The notes under the pieces are model-generated. The model did not search any database and was not told the DNA's origin. It worked only from the letters and a program-made list of their open reading frames with translations. Positions 12,903 through 25,735 of a DNA stretch of 64,000 bases are shown one piece after another (the first letter of the stretch is position 1; the number at the start of each line of letters is the position of its first letter). The stretch spans positions 10,850,001-10,914,000 of the forward strand of contig JBNRSN020000005.1 of NCBI GenBank assembly GCA_051313645.2, given 5' to 3'. Origin of the DNA: Centroscyllium fabricii. Taxonomy: Eukaryota. Position numbers and translations under genes: made by a program.

Positions 12903-13629
12903 GGGGTCAATTTTCCTCAAGGTGTGGGGAATTGGTGGGTTTCACGCTGATCTCGTTTACTTCCCGCTTTCTGAAGGGTGTGGGAGCCCCACGCAATTTT
13001 GGCTTAATTGGCCAATTAAATCTCTGCGTGTGGGAAGCCCTTTCCTCAGGACTGTTTACAGACAGGAAGCCGGTGGGTTTCGGCTGTTTGAGCAGCAGAG
13101 CTGTTAGCCTACTAAACCACAGAGATTGAGTGACAGCTGCTGTCTGTTTCATTGGCTGCCTGCTTCTGCAGAGCCATTTCATTGAGAACATACGTGCTTT
13201 CTGTCAAAACAGCCACAAGGTGAGTTTGTGACAGCTTTTCTTCCACTGATCTTCAGTTAGTGCCGATGCTGTCTGCAGTCCAGGGACTGCTTCTACTGCA
13301 GCTGTTTGAATGATAATGAGGAAATCATTATTGTCCCCGCCAGGTTTCACCGGCGGGGTTTCCAGCTGGTGGCTTTTGCATGGGAAAAGGCTGAAAATTG
13401 CAAGGGGCCCTTAAAATGGCATTATACATTCCAATTGAGGGTCCCTAATGAGTCTAACGACCGTCCCCGCCGATGCCGGGCGGGACTGAAGTGGGCCGAT
13501 CGGACCCCCCGGCCTGAAACTGACAAGCTGGTGGGAAACTGGTGGGAGGGGTGGCAAACCCCAGTTTTTGCGATTTTCCCTCCCCGTCCGCCGAAAAAGC
13601 TGCCTGTCGGCTCCAGGAAAGTTGACCCC
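12903..13629. mobile_element. MITE family B (TIR GGGGTCAATTTTCCT), TSD AGT
   Basis: agt|ggggtcaattttcct ... aggaaagttgacccc|agt inside a CR1 fragment. Confidence 0.88.
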
Positions 13630-13816
13630 AGTGACTCCAGAATCAGTCTAACCAGAGCTTTATACAAGTATAGAATACCTTCCATCCCTTTCTATTCCAG
13701 CCCCCTGGAGATAAAGGCCAACATTCCATTAGTCTTTTTAAATTCCTTTTCTACCTGTCCACTAGTTTTTAGTGATTTCTGCATATCGAATAATCTTTTT
13801 TTGTTTGTTTGTTCAG

Positions 13817-13938
13817 TGTGTTAAACATGCAGAACTACACGTCTTACTGGGAGCCACCTGACCTGAGCAACTGTTCGATGGTTCCGACTCTCAGCCCGAA
13901 TGGCAGCGACATTGAAAGCATTCCATTAGTGTCTGCAG
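13817..13938 (+). CDS. ADGRG6: ADGRG6 exon (VLNMQNYTSYWEPPDLSNCSMVPTLSPNGSDIESIPLVSA)
   Basis: gttcag acceptor, gtaatt donor. YWxPxDxSNC ends the HormR domain. Phases 2/1 fit the neighbours. Confidence 0.88.
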
Positions 13939-14254
13939 GTAATTGCCATCGGAGTCACTGGCTACTCCGCTTCTCAAGGAAGGATGGGTCAGTGGGCAAG
14001 CATGTGGTTCTAGGCTTTCTGGGTCAGGAAGATTCCACGATGGAGGGCTGGTTTGTGTCGTGTGATAGCTGGATACAACAATTGGGCTCGGCAGGGAGTT
14101 TACAAATCAGCCAAGGCTATTGCTCCTGATGGCTAGCCAGTAACTACCACCAGCAAGGGCAAGTGGCTGGGATCAGACCTGGCTGCGGTGCTCCCACAGA
14201 TGAATAGGCTTCAGATACGCACTGTCGGTTCCTATTTGGGTGTGGTGTCCGACA

Positions 14255-15705
14255 GTACCCCACCGATCTCCTTACCCCACCAATCTCCACACTCGACCAA
14301 TCTCCATACCCCACCACACTCAATATACCACCAATCTCCATACCCCACCGATCTCCATTCTCCATTTCCCACCAATCTCCACACTCCACCAATCTCCATA
14401 CCCCACCACACTCAATACACCACCAATCTCCATACCCCACCGATCTCCATTCTCCATTTCCCACCAATCTCCATACTCCACCAATCTCCACGCCCCACCA
14501 CACTCAATACACCACTGATCTCCATACCCCACCGATTCTCCACCACACTCCATACCCCACCACTCTCCATACACCACCAATCTCCACACTCCACAGATCT
14601 CCATACCCCACCACACTCAATGCACCACTGAGCTCAATACACCACTGATCTCAATACACCACCAATCTCCACACCCCACCACACTCAATACACCACTGAT
14701 CTCAATGCACCACCACTCCCAATACACCACTGATCTCCATACCCCACCGATTCGCCACCACACTCCATACCCCACCACTTTCCATACACCACGGATCTCC
14801 ATTCTCCATACCCCACCGATCTCCATACTCCACCGATCTCCATACCCCACCACACTCAATACACCACTGATCTCAATACACTACCGATCTCCATACACCA
14901 CCACTCTCAATACCCTACCATACTCAATACCCCACCACACTCAATACCCCACCACACTCAATACCCCACCACACTCAATACCCCACCACACTCAATCCCC
15001 CACCGATCTCCATTCTCCACCGATCTCCATTCTTCACCACTCTCCATTCCCCACCGATCTCCATTCTCCACTGATCTCCATTCTCCACCGATGTCCATTC
15101 CCCACCGATCTCCATTCCCCATGATCTCCATTCTCCACCGATCTCCATTCTCCACCAATCTCTATTCTCCACCAATCTCCATTCTCCACCAATCTCCATT
15201 CTCCACCGATGTCCATTCCCCACCAATGTCCGTTCCCCACGATCTCCATTCCCCACGATCTCCATTCCCCACCAATCTCCATTCTCCACCAATCTCCATT
15301 CTCCACCGATGTCCATTCCCCACCGATCTCCGTTCCCCACCGATCTCCATTCTCCACCAATCTCCATTATCCACCGATGTCCATTCCCCACCGATCTCCA
15401 TTCTCCACCGATCTCCATTCCCCACCGATCTCCATTCCCCACCGATCTCCATTCCCCACCGATCTCCATTCCCCACCGATCTCCATTCCCCACCGATCTC
15501 CATTCCCCACCGATCTCCATTCCCCACCGATCTCCATTCCCCACCGATCTCCATTCTCCACCTATGTCCGTTCCCCACGATCTCCATTCCCCACCGATCT
15601 CCATTCCCCACCGATCTCCATTCCCCACCGATCTCCATTCTCCACCAATGTCCATTCCCCACGATCTCCATTCCCCACCGATCTTCATTCCCCACCAATG
15701 TCCAT
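14255..15705. repeat. 17-bp minisatellite (attccccaccgatctcc)n with variant blocks
   Basis: 17-nt period measured at 15424/15441. Confidence 0.95.
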
Positions 15706-15994
15706 TATCCATCAGACTGCATTATACTCAAGGATGGGTTCACTCCATAATGGTGATAATGGAGTTTCCATGATTTATAAATATATTGTACACATACTCT
15801 GCTCTAGGCGCATACAAGTGCTATGTCAATACACACACATAAAATACAATATTGTACATTTTGTACTGAGTGTGCAGCACACTTACTGCATGTTAAAGTA
15901 CACACGTGCATAAATATTATGTAGATGTACAGATACAACTATGTACACCTTGTTGCATAGGTACAGGTGCACCTGTGCTGTATTTCGCCTGATC

Positions 15995-16715
15995 TTCCAG
16001 GATCTTGCGCTGACCTCCCATGCACCTGTGCTGACCTCCCATGATCCTGCACTGACCTATGATCTTGCACTGACCTATGATCCTGTGCTGAACCATGATC
16101 CTGCACTGACCTTCCCATGATCCTTCACTGAACTTCCAATGACCTTTCACTGACCTTCCCACGATCCTTCACTGACCTTCCCATGATCCTATGCTGACCT
16201 TCCCATGATTTTTCACTGACCTTCCCATGATCCTTCACTGACCTTCCCATGAAATTTTACTGACCATCCCATGATCCTATGCTGACCTTCCCATGATTTT
16301 TCACTGACCTTCCTATGATCGTTCACTGAGCATCCCATGATCCTATGCTGACCTTCCCATGATCTTTCACTGACCTTCCTATGATCGTTCACTGACCATC
16401 CCATGTTCCTGTGCTGACCTTCCCATGATCCTTCACTGAACTTCCAATGATCCTTCACTGACCTTCCCATGATCCTTCACTGACCTTCCCATGAAATTTT
16501 ACTGACCTTCCCATGATCCTGTGCTGACCTTCCCATGATCCTTCACTATCCTTCCCATGATCGTTCACTGACCTTCCCATGACATTTTACTGACCATCCC
16601 ATGATCCTATGCTGACCTTCCCATGATCTTTCACTGACCTTCCTATGATCGTTCACTGACCATCCCATGTTCCTGTGCTGACCTTCCCATGATCCTTCAC
16701 TGATCTTTCCATGGT
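15995..16715. repeat. 22-bp minisatellite (actgaccttcccatgatccttc)n
   Basis: 22-nt period at 16457/16479; ends about 45 nt upstream of the acceptor at 16762. Confidence 0.95.
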
Positions 16716-16762
16716 CCTCCGCTGTTAGAAATCCCCTTAACGATTTTTGTTACTGACTGCAG

Positions 16763-16967
16763 ACAACGCGGCTGACGTAGCCAATCAGCTTCTCGATTTT
16801 ACCGCGGACAAGAACCTCACCCGGGAAGAAGTGGACAAACTGGTGGAGACGCTGAAGCAGATCGTAATCGTGTCGGAGATCAACTCATCCTTGGCGTCGA
16901 CGGTGCTGACGGTTCTGTCCAATATTCTTTCGAGCTCCGACAACGCGCTGGTCACATCTTCCCAAGT
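16763..16967 (+). CDS. ADGRG6: ADGRG6 exon (GAIN subdomain A, DNAADVANQLLDFTAD...SNILSSSDNALVTSSQV)
   Basis: ctgcag acceptor, gtgagt donor. VANQ and SNILSSSD match GPR126. Confidence 0.92.
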
Positions 16968-17237
16968 GTGAGTAGCTGTCGGGTGTAACTGCAGTTGATA
17001 GATATATTAGTTTCTCTGCTGATTGAGAACATGGAAGAAAGTATGGCATGACGGAAGGTCCCAACAAGCTCCATTGTTTCCTGTACCTAATCAATCCCAT
17101 TGTGGATTCTACCAATCCACTTAATCACCTCAGGAAAAGTTCTCTACGCACATTGCCTGACCCCTAACATACTGACTCACCCTCACATCTCCACTATTCA
17201 ACCCTGGCCTGCTGTACATCAAACAAACCATAACTCG

Positions 17238-18282
17238 TTTTCTGAGTGGCAGCCGGTGACTAGTGGGGTACCGCAGGGGTCTGTCCTGGGACCCCAGCTG
17301 TTTACAATATATATTAATGATCTGGATCAGGGAATTGAATGTAATATCTCCAAATTCGCGGATGACACCAAACTAGGAGGGGGGGCGGGCTCTGAAGAGG
17401 GTGTCAGGAAGTTTCAGGGTGATTTGGATAAGTTGGGGGACTGGGCAGATAGATGGCAGATGCACTATAATGTGGATAAATGTGAGGTTATCTACTTTGG
17501 GGGCAAAAGCAGGAGGGTAGATTATTACTTAAATGGCAATAGATTGGGAGATGGGGAGGTGCAGAGAGACCTGGGTGTTCTTGTGCACCAGTCGCTGAAG
17601 GCGAGCACGCAGGTGCAGCAGGCGGTTAGGAAGGCAAATGGTGTGTTGGCCTTCATATCAAGAGGGTTCGAGTATAGGAATAAGGATACCTTACTGCAGC
17701 TGTACAAGGCACTGGTGAGACCACACCTCGAGTATTGTGTACAGTTCTGGTCGCCTCGCCTGAGGAAGGATGTTCTTGCCATGGAAGGAGTGCAGCGGCG
17801 TTTCACCAGGCTGATTCCTGGAATGGCAGGAATGACCTACGAGGAGAGATTATGTACTCGTTGCAGTTTAGAAGATTGAGAGGCGATCTCATTGAGACGT
17901 ATAAAATTCTGAAAGGTCTGGACAGGTTAGATTCAGAGAGAATGTTTCCAATGGCAGGGGAGTCCAGAACCAGGGGCCACGGTCTAAGAATAAGGGGTAA
18001 GCCATTTAGGACAGACATGAGGAAGAATTTCTTCACTCAGAGAGTGGTGGGCCTGTGGAATTCCTTGCCACAGAGGGCGGTGGAGGCCAGTTCATTAAAC
18101 ATATTCAAGAGGGAATTGGATATATTTCTTCAAGCTAAAGTGATTAAAGGTTACGGAGAAAAGGCGGGGACGGGGTACTAGCTTGCTAAAGATCAGCCAT
18201 GATCTCATTGAATGGCGGAGCGGGCTCGAAGGGCTGAATGGCCTACTCCTGCTCCTATCTTCTATGATTCTATGATTCTATG
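17238..18282 (+). mobile_element. CR1 LINE 3' part
   Basis: ORFs 17100..17879 and 17735..18181; small deletion near 17850. Confidence 0.95.
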
Positions 18283-18914
18283 ATAATCCATGCTGCAAGT
18301 AACACAGGAACTATTGTGTATCAAATAATCCCAGTCTCTACCTATAGAGAGCGGGAGCGAGAAGGAAAGGCATCTCTAAGTTGCTGTCATACACCTCCTC
18401 ATGTACAGCTCACAGAGGCACGAGTTGAGGACTACACTTTGGCAGCCATAGGTGTGTGGCATCAAAGAGCTGATGACCCTAAACCCTCACAAAACCCACA
18501 CGCATCCAAAGAAAACATACAGTTCACCCTGCTTAAATCTTTTCTTCCAGTTTTCTTCTCCTCCTGAAGGTGCTGACTCTGGTTGGGGTACAAGTTCGCA
18601 ATAGCCCTCCGCACGCCCTGCCATTTTCCAAGACCCGGGACAGTCTCTTTGACCACTTGGAGGGGTCATAATAAGGACATTGGAGCCCAGGCCTCACCCG
18701 GCACTTCCCAGCAGGGGTCGGCAGCGGGAGTCCACGGCTGAAGTTTCTGGTCCCAAGCCAGGGTCAACGCTGATGCCCCTACCATCACATCAGCAGCCTC
18801 AGCTCCTGGGACCTTCCTGGTTCGGTTTTGCACTGAGCAGCTTATTTACCGGTTGACAATCAGGGGCCTCGTGAGCCAGTTAACGGGTCACGTTGCAATG
18901 TTAGAATTTAAAGG

Positions 18915-19367
18915 AAAAGCTTGCATTTATATGGCGCCTTTCATGACCTCAGGGCGCGCCAAAGCACTTTACAGCCAATGAAGTACTTTTGAAGTGTAGC
19001 CTCTGTTGTAATGTAGGGAAGCGCAACAGCCAATTTGTGCACAGCAAGCTCCCACAAACAGTAATGAGATCCTGAGCAGATAATTTGATTTAGTGATGCT
19101 GGTTGCAGGATAGATATTGCCCAGGAGACCGGGGAGAACTCCCCTGCTCTCCTTCAGAAAGTACCATGGGATCTTTTGTGTCCACCTGAGAGAGCAGACG
19201 TGATCTCGCCTTTCACGACCTCAGGAAGTTCCAAAGTGCTTTACAGCCAATGAAGCACTTTTGAAGCGTAGTCTCTTCTGTAATGTAGGAATCGCGGCAG
19301 ACGATTTGCGCATGGCAAGCTCCCACAATCAGCAACAAAATAAATTACCAGACCATCTGTTTTAGTG
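18915..19367 (-). mobile_element. Deu-domain (SacSINE1/AmnSINE-like) SINE fragments
   Basis: aaagcactttacagccaatgaagtacttttgaagtgtag core, also at 32690-33030, 46200-46300 and 60230-60900. Confidence 0.65.
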
Positions 19368-19713
19368 ATAGAAACATAGAAACATAGAAGATAGGAGCAT
19401 GAGTGGGCCATTTGGCCCTTCGAGCCTGCTCCGCCATTCAATGAGATCATGGCTGATCATCCAACCCAGTACCCTGTCCCTGCCCTATCCCCATAGAGCC
19501 TGCACCAACACACACCCCACCCTATCCCCGTGACCCCACACATTCAATCCCCCTAACACTAAGGGTCAATTTATCATGACCAATCAACCTAACCCGCACA
19601 TCTTTGGACTGTGGGAGGAAACCGGAGCACCCGGAGGAAACCCACGCAGACACGGGGAGAATGTGCAAACTCCACACAGATAGTCACCCGAGGCTGGATT
19701 TGAACCCGGGTCT
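19368..19713 (-). mobile_element. V-SINE, composite tail, 5'-truncated
   Basis: Reverse complement of 6241-6634. Confidence 0.9.
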
Positions 19714-20043
19714 CTGATGTTGGTTGGGAGATAAATATTGGCCAGGACACCGGGGAGAGCTCCTCCACTCTTATTTGACATAATACCATGGGATCTTTTG
19801 CACCCATCTGAGATGGGAGACAGGGGCTCGATTTAACATCGCATCTGAAAGACGGCACCTCCAACAGTATAGCACTCCCTCAGTACTGCCTAACCCTGGA
19901 GTGCCAGACTAGATCATGTGCTCCAGGGCAGGACTTGAACCCAAACCTTCTGACTCTGAGGCGAGCGTGCTACCCACCGAGCCGCGGCTGACCGTTAAGT
20001 TCAAATCTGATCACACTTTGCTTGCGGTTTCTTTTACGGGCAG

Positions 20044-20209
20044 GGCTTTGAGTACCGTAGACCATTTGGCCATCAAGCTGATCTTCACTGGCCCATCGGT
20101 GAGCATCACCACCCGGAACCTGGCCATTGGGATCTCTGCCGTCGACTCTGGGAATTACACTGGGACCTCCTTCCGTGTGGGCTCTCAGAATGGAGACTCT
20201 GAGTTGGAG
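20044..20209 (+). CDS. ADGRG6: ADGRG6 exon (ALSTVDHLAIKLIFTGPSVSITTRNLAIGIS...ELE)
   Basis: ggcag acceptor, gtgagg donor. ITTRNLA motif; phase-consistent. Confidence 0.92.
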
Positions 20210-20794
20210 GTGAGGCACCGTGACTGAGAAACACACCATGGACAGGACAGTACAAATCACAAATAATTGAAGTTTAGAATATATAGAAGAAGCACAGAAA
20301 AATAGGAGCAGGAGTCGGCCATTCGGCCCTTCGAGCCGATCATGGCTGATCCTCTATCTCAACACCATATTCCCGCTCTCTCCCCACACCCCATGATGCC
20401 TTTTGTGTTTCAGGTCGATGACCCTTCGTCAGAACTGTCAAAACAACCCCAGCCAATCCAATCTTTCCTCCTAGCTAAAATTCTCCGGTCCTGGCAACAT
20501 CCTTGTGAGGACTTTTCACCTTACCTTACAGATCAAGTGAACTATCAAAACCACCAGCGTCACCCTCAATCTTTTCAAGGACAGCACTAACCACCTCCAG
20601 GTGCGCTGCCCACTTAAATCAAAACATTAGCAGTCCGGAGAAAGCAAAGTTTGCCACCCGCACTGTTTTCACAATCTTCGACCAATTCATTCAGGATTTT
20701 GACAGGATGGGGGTGATTAAAACAGTTTTGAAATTTGCATTGTGCTTTTTGTTTTGTTGAAGCTTGGGACTGCAGCACTGGGAACAAGGTTATA

Positions 20795-21629
20795 CAGGTA
20801 CACAATCCTTTGTCTGAAAACCTTGGTGAAAACGGTTATCAGATATTTTCGGTTTTCGGAATGGTCGCATTAACATTAATATTTCTGCATGAACCTTGTG
20901 AATATTCACAAAAAGTGGGATAAATAAAGACTATAAGCAGTTTATAAATACTCTAGTAAAGTTTATTTGTAAAAATATCGGAGATCAGCGGTCGGGAGCC
21001 GGGAGCATAGAGGCCGTCGGGTACCGGGAGCATTGGGGCCGTCGGGTGCCGGGGGCGTCGGGGCCGTCGGGTGCCGGGAGCGTCGGGTGCCAGGAGCATC
21101 GGGGCCGTCGGGTGCCGGGAGTGTTGGGTGCCAGGAGCATCGGGGCCGTCGGGTGCCGGGAGCGTCGGGTGGCGGGAGCATCAGGGCCGTCGGGTGCCGG
21201 GAGCATCTGGGAGCGTCGGGTGCCAGGAGCATCGGGGCCGTCGGGTGCCGGGAGTGTCGGGTGCCAGGAGCATCGGGGCCGTCGGGTGCCGGGAGCGTCG
21301 GGTGGCGGGAGCATCGGGGCCGTCGGGTGCCGGGAGCATCGAGGCCGTCAGGTGCCGGGAGCATCGGGGCCATATATTGCCAGGAGCGTCGGGTGCTGGG
21401 AGCATCGGGGCCGTAGGGTATGGGTGATGGGAGCATCGGGGTCGTCAGTTATGGGTGCCAGGAGCATCGGGGCCTGCGTGGCCGGGCACCGGGAGCATTG
21501 GGCCCTGCGTGGCCGGGCGCATCGAGGCAGTCGTGGCCTGAGCGCCGGGCCATATTTCGCGCGCAACTCGGGCCATTTGTAATTTCGGTTTTCGGTTTTC
21601 TGAGTAGCGGATAAAGGATTGTGTACCTG
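20795..21629. mobile_element. Tc1/mariner-pogo-like MITE family E (TIR CAGGTACACAATCCTTT, TA TSD) with internal GC-rich tandem array
   Basis: ta|caggtacacaatcctttgtc ... gataaaggattgtgtacctg|ta; gggagcatcggggccgtcgggtgcc repeats at about 21000-21470. Confidence 0.9.
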
Positions 21630-21788
21630 TATATCCAAATATCGGACATTGTATGGGGATCGGGCGGGAAAGTGGAGTTGAGGTTCAAGATCAGATATGA
21701 TCTCACTGAATAACTGTGCTTTACGGAATATGTCTGTAATGATAAATTTTGGCCTGGATTTTGCAGTGGTAATGACAGCGAAACTGTC

Positions 21789-22720
21789 ATAGAACCATAG
21801 AATCATAGAAGATAGGAGCAGGAGTAGGCTATTCAGCCCTTCGAGCCTGCTCCGCCATTCAATGAGATCATGGCTGATCTTTAGCAAGCTAGTACCCAGT
21901 CCCCGCCTTTTCTCCGTAACCTTTAATCCCTTTAGCTTGAAGAAATATATCCAATTCCCAATTGAATATGTTTAATGAACTGGCCTCCACCGCCCTCTGT
22001 GGCAAGGAATTCCACAGGCCCACCACTCTCAGAGTGAAGAAATTCTTCCTCATGTCTGTCCTAAATGGTTTACCCCTTATTCTTAGACCGTGGCCCCTGG
22101 TTCTGGACTCCCCCGCCATTGGAAACATTCTCTCTGAATCTAACCTGTCCAGACCTTTCAGAATTTTAGACGTCTCAATGAGATCGCCCCTCAATCTTCT
22201 AAACTCCAACGAGTACAAGCCCAGACTACATAAACTCTCCTCGTAGGTCATTCCTGCCATTCCAGGAATCAGCCTGGTGAAACGCCGCTGCACTCCTTCC
22301 ATGGCAAGAACATCCTTCCTCAGGCGAGGCGACCAGAACTGTACACAATACTCGAGGTGTGGTCTCACCAGTGCCTTGTACAGCTGTAGTAAGGTATCCT
22401 TATTCCTATACTCGAACCCTCTTGATATGAAGGCCAACACATCATTTGCCTTCCTAACCGCCTGCTGTACCTGCGTGCTCGCCTTCAGCGACTGGTGCAC
22501 AACAACACCCAGGTCCCTTTGCACCTCCCCATCTCCCAATCTATTGCCATTTAAGTAATAATCTACCCTCCTGTTTTTGCCCCCAAAGTGGATAACCTCA
22601 CATTTATCCACATTATAGTGCATCTGCCATCTATCTGCCCAGTCCCCCAACTTGTCCAAATCGCACTGGAGCTTCCTGACACCCTCTTCAGAGCCCGCCC
22701 CCCTTCCTAGTTTGGTGCCG
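21789..22720 (-). mobile_element. CR1 LINE 3' part, near-identical to 17238-18282
   Basis: ORF 21889..22659 is open and nearly the same peptide. Confidence 0.95.
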
Positions 22721-23031
22721 TCATTACCCCTCTGAAACTAAACGCAACTTCAGGATTTAGCGTATGTGCAGATGAAAGCGGAAATCCTGAGATGGTGAGA
22801 TTCCCAAGATGAAAAGAGCTCCAAAGGTTGTGTCTCCCTCTTTAAAAGGGGTCCTTGTGATAAAACTCCCTCCCCAATATAGGAATGCAGGTAACGCAAG
22901 TCCATGCTTGAGGTGGGATGGGGAGAAGGGCTAAGGATGACTGATGAGCTCCATGGGTTAAAGGTTCTCAGAGGTGATGACCCCCTCCATTGTCACAGTG
23001 CGATTGATGTCTCTAACATTCTCGTCCGCAG

Positions 23032-23175
23032 GTTAATTTTGAAGGGGATCCCGGGGGTGAGACCCTGGCTGAAATCGAGTTGCCCCCCGGCCTTTTTGAA
23101 CAGCTGACTGACGACGAGCTCAGTGCGGTCTCGAGGACTCAGTTTGCCTTCTTCAGTAAAACGGGACTCTTTCAG
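23032..23175 (+). CDS. ADGRG6: ADGRG6 exon (VNFEGDPGGETLAEIELPPGLFEQL...QFAFFSKTGLFQ), GC donor
   Basis: ccgcag acceptor, 48 codons. Homology ends at KTGLFQ, followed by CAG|GCAAGG (GC donor). Confidence 0.9.
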
Positions 23176-23722
23176 GCAAGGGACGAGCGCTCGGCGCATC
23201 TACGTTACATCTGTTGCGTTCAAAGGTCGTTCCTCCCCACCCACCACCTCCACATCGTCAGTATTCGTCACACCCCCCTGCCCCCATTCTGGATAGTGCT
23301 GGCTCATTCCTCTGAAGCCCGGTTGCACTGGGACCGGTGGCGGTGGTACAGTTATCTCTCTTGCCTCTCACCAAGTGGCTGCGCTTCACGTGTGATGCTT
23401 GCCGGCGACTGCCGGCTAGTCTATTGACAAATAGGGAGCATTACAACTGAGCCTAGTCCAGCAGGGGCCATTAAATAGAGATCAGGCGCGGGAACACTGA
23501 CCGATGGTCCCTCTAATATTTATGTTTGGTGCGCAGTCCCTTTAAATTTTCTGCACGGTTGCGCATACGTTTGATATTTTCCAACGGAACAGCTGGTGAG
23601 CGGCCTGCACGGGACCTCCTGTTTGCTGCATGCCCCCCCCCCCCCCCCCCGCACTCACGCAGCTTAGGGCGAACGTTGACCCTAACTAACTTTCTCCTGA
23701 CTTGCAAGAAGCACAGAGACTT

Positions 23723-24447
23723 GGGGGGGGGAGAAATTCGTTTGATTTGCGCCTCCCGTTAACGCCATAAGAGGGCGCTAACGGGGCGCAAAGCAACTGG
23801 CGCCCGGGCGCGGTGCCGCTAACGCCTCCTGCGAAATTCAGCGGGAGGTTAGCGGCGGCGGCCATCATTAGCAATGACGTCATCGCCGTGCGCAGGGCCC
23901 CGCTCGTGATCTTTAGTAGCGCCCCTGACTTACCGCCAGACGCTATGTCCGATAGGGTCAGGGGGGGCCTTCCTGCAGCCGGGGCAGTGCTAATTAAAGG
24001 GACGGTGCCGGGCGGCCATTTTTGTTGCTGGCCCGCTGCCATCCCCGGCCTTCTGTGAAGCCCCCCCCCGCCGCGGAGTGCCGGCCGCGCTCCAGGAGCC
24101 TGGCACTTCTCTCGAGTGCCGGGCTCGTTTGCCGGCACTCCAATCCCTGGTGGCCCAGCTGGGCCCCGGGTCACGCTGCACTGGGCCCCTGCCCTATAAG
24201 AAGGGGAGGCAGGCCTGCAGTACCGCGGCGCGACGTGCTGCAGCGCACGGTGCTACGGCACATAGTGCCGCAATATTCACTCGCAGCGCCCCAAGAGGGA
24301 GGGTGGGGCGCTTCCAGTAGCGCTCCCCCTCCCTCATGGGGCGCTACCAGTGAATTTCGGGTGCAGGGGCGCTAATTATTTCGGGGCTGTAAAAGTAGCG
24401 CCCCGACGAAGTTAGCTCCCCGAAGGGGGCGCGACCCAAATTTTCCC
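23723..24447. mobile_element. GC-rich palindromic MITE
   Basis: ggggagaaattcg ... ccaaattttccc; homologous to 1-700. Confidence 0.75.
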
Positions 24448-24821
24448 ATGAATTCTTTTTTGAGTTCATTCTCGGGATGTGAGCATCGCTGGCAAGGTTG
24501 GCATTTATTGCCCACCTCCGAGCTGCCCTGAGCTTACTGGGACATTCCAGAAGGCAATTAAGACTCCACCGTACTGGTGTTGGACTGGAGTCACATAGAG
24601 AGCCAGACTGGGTACGGACATGAGTGAACGAGTCGGGCTTTTACGAAAATCCAACAGTTTCATGGTCACTTTTACTGATTCCAGCCTTTTATTTCCAGAT
24701 CCTTTTTTAAACTGAATTCAGATTCTGTGAATATTCAAGTCAGCACAAACGGGCAACAAATCTGGTATCTTCCTGTTTTGTATGGATCTCTGTTACCCCA
24801 TCTCTCTCAATCTGACTCTCC

Positions 24822-25735
24822 GGGGGCAATTTAAAAAAAGGTGTGGGAAGCTGTCGGGTTTTGGGCGGGTCAGCTTTCTGTCCCGCCCGCCCAAGGACCT
24901 GGGAGGCCTGAGTGATTTTGGCTCAAGTGGCCAATTAAATCGCCGCCCGTCTGCTGGGCTTCCAATACACACTAATGGGCGGGAACTCAGCCCTTTCCAT
25001 TCACAGTTTGAGTGGGGCGGGCTGTTGATTAACAGGCCTGAATAGCCTGACTAGTAAGAAACCACTAAGCTTGATTGACAGTGCTCAAGTGGATCCTTTG
25101 TTTCCATGTTGACACAGCCTTTGAAATGTCAGAGTCTGAAAGGGAACACTAAAACCACAAAACAAACAGTTGAAGTGAGTCACTGTTTGTTTGTGGTTTC
25201 AATGGAATGTAAACAGAAACTGATCCCCTGGGTGATTGACAGCTTGGCTCACAGACAGTGCAGCATGCCGATCTCTATATGAATAGCAGGGATTTAAAGG
25301 TGAGTGATTTCTATGTTTTGGGGCTCTGATGTTTACCACCCTTGGGTGGCAGCTGCACCTCCAGCATGGTGGAGGCTAGCAAGCTGCCATGTGGGTGCTG
25401 TGCCCATGCCTTGAAGGTGGCAGACACCCAGCCGACTGAGTGCCCACCACCTTTCACTGGCGGGGTTCCCACCAGGCGTGTTTTGGGTGGGAAGAGGGCT
25501 AAAATAGCTGAGGGCCCTTAAAATACAATTATCCTGCCACTTAAGGGCTCTCAACGAGCTCACTAAGCATCCCCGCCGGCAGCGGGCGGGAAACATGCGG
25601 GGCGGCAAAACCCGCCCGACAAAAATCCCAAATGGGCAGGGATTCGGCGGGGTGCCTTCCCGCCCACCGGAATTGCAATTTTAGTCCCCGCCCCGCCAGA
25701 AACCCGCACTCATGGCCCTCCGAAAATCCCCCCCC
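24822..25735. mobile_element. Family B-related MITE, TSD TCC, inserted in the first unit of a minisatellite
   Basis: tcc|gggggcaattt ... aaaatcccccccc|tcc. Confidence 0.78.

Noticed and set aside
14144-16470. Many long ORFs on both strands
   Set aside because: Translations of the 17- and 22-bp minisatellites.
20963-21887. Gly/Ala/Pro-rich collagen-like ORFs
   Set aside because: Tandem repeat inside a MITE; no splice or homology support. The same applies to 1396-2097, 25541-26265, 28700-29332 and 34426-35327.
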